A DNA stretch of 64,000 nucleotides, taken from the NCBI RefSeq assembly GCF_963506605.1, contig NC_083283.1:36642001-36706000 (forward strand), in the 5' to 3' direction. The notes below the pieces were generated by a model that worked only from the letters and a program-made list of their open reading frames with translations, ran no database searches and was not told the DNA's origin. The stretch comes from Zootoca vivipara. Its lineage: Eukaryota. A program made the position numbers and the translations under genes. This document shows, piece by piece, positions 61,670-64,000 of the stretch. Position 1 is the stretch's first letter; the number at the start of each line of letters is the position of its first letter.

Positions 61670-62080
61670 GTTCCCATTTTAATGTGAACTTACCAAATTT
61701 GCACTTCCTGAAATAATATGAGAACCAATCACAACTATCCTTTGAAATTCTTAGTTCTCAGAACTTTGTGATGCAGTTACTCCAGTGAAACAATGTGCAG
61801 AAGCGTGATGTATATTAGGAGAAAATGTGCATAGAAATGTGTGTATCAGTGAAAATAATATGCAAAAAATACATTTTATTAGGAGGAATTATTTGTCAAA
61901 ATGTGTGTTCTAGACAAAATTGCTTACAAAACTGTTTATATCAGGAGAAATGCACACTAAAATGGTGATGAATTTTCATGAGGGCTTAAAAAAAAAAGCT
62001 TCAAAGTCATGTGGAAATGTGTAGAACTGAACTAAAGACTGGAAAAATGAGGGAGAGAAACTGAAATCGACAATTTCATC
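61670..62080. mobile_element. Diverged interspersed repeat, same family as 51735-52170, opposite orientation
   Basis: Internal AAAATGTG(T/C)(A/G)TAT(T/C)AG subrepeats; reverse-complement similarity to the 51.8-kb copy. Confidence 0.6.
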
Positions 62081-64000
62081 CTGGCTGAGAATAAGACCCA
62101 TTCAGCAATATAACTTATATACACACAGGACTGGCCTTAGATTTCTAGTGTGCATATTATTTCAGTACTCTAACTATTTTGGAAAAAGCTACTTGGAGTT
62201 GCTATGTTCCTCTACAGCATATCACCATTTTAGTAAACCTAAGAACAGGAAAATAAGCATATTCAGCCAGCAAAGTGAATCATGATCTGCAGAAGAAGAA
62301 AATCTATTCATTTGCTCCTCACCAAGAAACTGACTCTCACCCAACCCTCAAAGAATCCTGTGGTTATGTGAAAGATGACTGATCTTTTTTGGAACATTCT
62401 TTTCATATAGCTAGAAACTCTCTTCACAGTTTTGCCACAACAGCTCTGCTTCTGTCTCCATCATTGGCCTTCTGCTGTCAATCAGTCTTATTTCTGTCTT
62501 CTCCTAGTTTGGATGGGACTAATCAGTAACCACACATTTCCCAGTCATGTGGCTGTTGTAGTCACCATCATTTTCGTCAAACAATTATAGCTCTGTTCAT
62601 TGGTTATAGTAAACAGGAAATAGAATACGGGAGTGGGAAAGAGCACATTCGCTCTGCTTGCCTGCTACCATCCATGTCTCCCTCCATGAACTGGAGGGTG
62701 GCTGCCTGCTTTGGAGACAGTAGTGGCTAGTGAGGTGGCACAGGTGAAGCACTATTGCTCTCCCAGCTTCCCAACACAGTGGGTTGCTGGCTCAAAATCC
62801 ACCCACTCAAAAATCCAGGTGTGCCAACGAGCCTTAAAACACTGGCAACCTCTGCTACAACCCAAGAATCTCTGTGGTAAATGTCCCTTTGTTGTCTTCT
62901 CCCACCTGAGAAACACTAGTCATGAGCTAGGGGAACTGTGCATTTTGGAGCATGGACTACCAGTATGTCACTGGAGAAAGCAGTTTTCAAATTGGAGTGA
63001 TTAAACAAACACGAAAGAAACAGACTGTGCACTTGTTGGAAATATAGTTCACCGTTTCCATGGAGACAGAAATTTAAGGGCACGAAGCTGCCCATTTTGC
63101 GGGCAGCAGTACTATAACCAAACACAGCACACATATAAACATATACACATAAAAGCAGCCACATGTGCCAGAACATTTTGGCACTGGGAAAGAAGAGTTC
63201 GGTTTCATTAAATATCACGTTTAGCTACAGTCTAGCTAAAAGCATCTCTCCAGCTGTGTGTGACAATCTCTTAAAAGCACAGCACCATGATAGCTTTTCC
63301 TAAACACTGTAAGCAAAGTGCAGCAAAGAGGACAAGTTGCTGGTTCTTTGAACATCCTTGCCAAAAGATAATTGAAACAGACCTTTTCTTTCCTATATCT
63401 CCGGTGTGCACTACAAAACATGTGTTCAATCAAGCTGAGCAAACCGTGGCACCTTACAAATTGGGACACCAGACATAGATCTTAAGATTCAGCAGAAGAA
63501 ATCTCAACCATGTATCTGCTTCCTTTCTGGCCGCCTTCACTGGACATGCAAGATTAGGAGACCTTTTCAACCTAGCAGGTTGGTAGAGTAGTAGTACAAA
63601 ATTGTACAGAGCAGTACAGAACTGTCAGAGGAATATTTGGGAGGCACTACAACTCTCATTTCTCATAGGAACACAGAAAGCTGCTTTACAAAGATCTCAG
63701 GATTTAGGTCTCACCTCTCACCTGACCTCTGGTCGGTGGCAAACACATTGGCAAAGCCAATCCAGTGGTCCTGCCAATGTGTTTGAATCATGCCAACCTT
63801 GCAGCTTCCTCCATCCTCCCTCTCTACCTCCCGGTAAGCAGCAGTGATGCAACCAGCCAGATGTGAGGTGAGCAGTGGTCCTCCACTATGTTTTCTGCTA
63901 CTGAAGGCATGTGTTCTACCACTGAGCTGTCTCAACTAACCATGACAGGTCTGTGTCTCATCTTGGTAGAATTCTTCATCCAATCTCTGACACACTGAGA

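Noticed and set aside
63045-63070. GTTTCCATGGAGAC, RFX X-box-like motif
   Set aside because: Isolated motif with no CpG island or other promoter evidence.

Overview
Eukaryotic (vertebrate) genomic DNA, most likely a squamate reptile and probably a lacertid lizard. The basis is its repeat content: RTE-BovB 3' ends with (CAA)n tails, Sauria SINEs with (ACCTTT)n tails, tRNA-derived SINEs, CR1/L2/L1 remnants, solo LTRs and many hAT/Tc1 MITEs. I found no recognisable host protein-coding gene, so the window looks intergenic or deep-intronic. Almost all ORF-track entries are spurious or transposon-derived. The most interesting items are: (1) an apparently full-length 2.1-kb L1-type retroelement with no reverse transcriptase and one short acidic/coiled-coil ORF, nested inside an L1 3' end, with both TSDs readable; (2) a Penelope-like fold-back insertion carrying two minimal type-I hammerhead ribozyme cores; (3) a 2.3-kb composite hAT-like element carrying cargo inside an LTR; (4) a triple-target-site Sauria SINE tandem with a nested solo LTR; (5) a hAT element whose ends resemble horizontally transferred hAT1 families; (6) a cluster of five perfect octamer motifs in a TE-poor, enhancer-like region. 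Family names come from my recall of consensus sequences, not from database searches.
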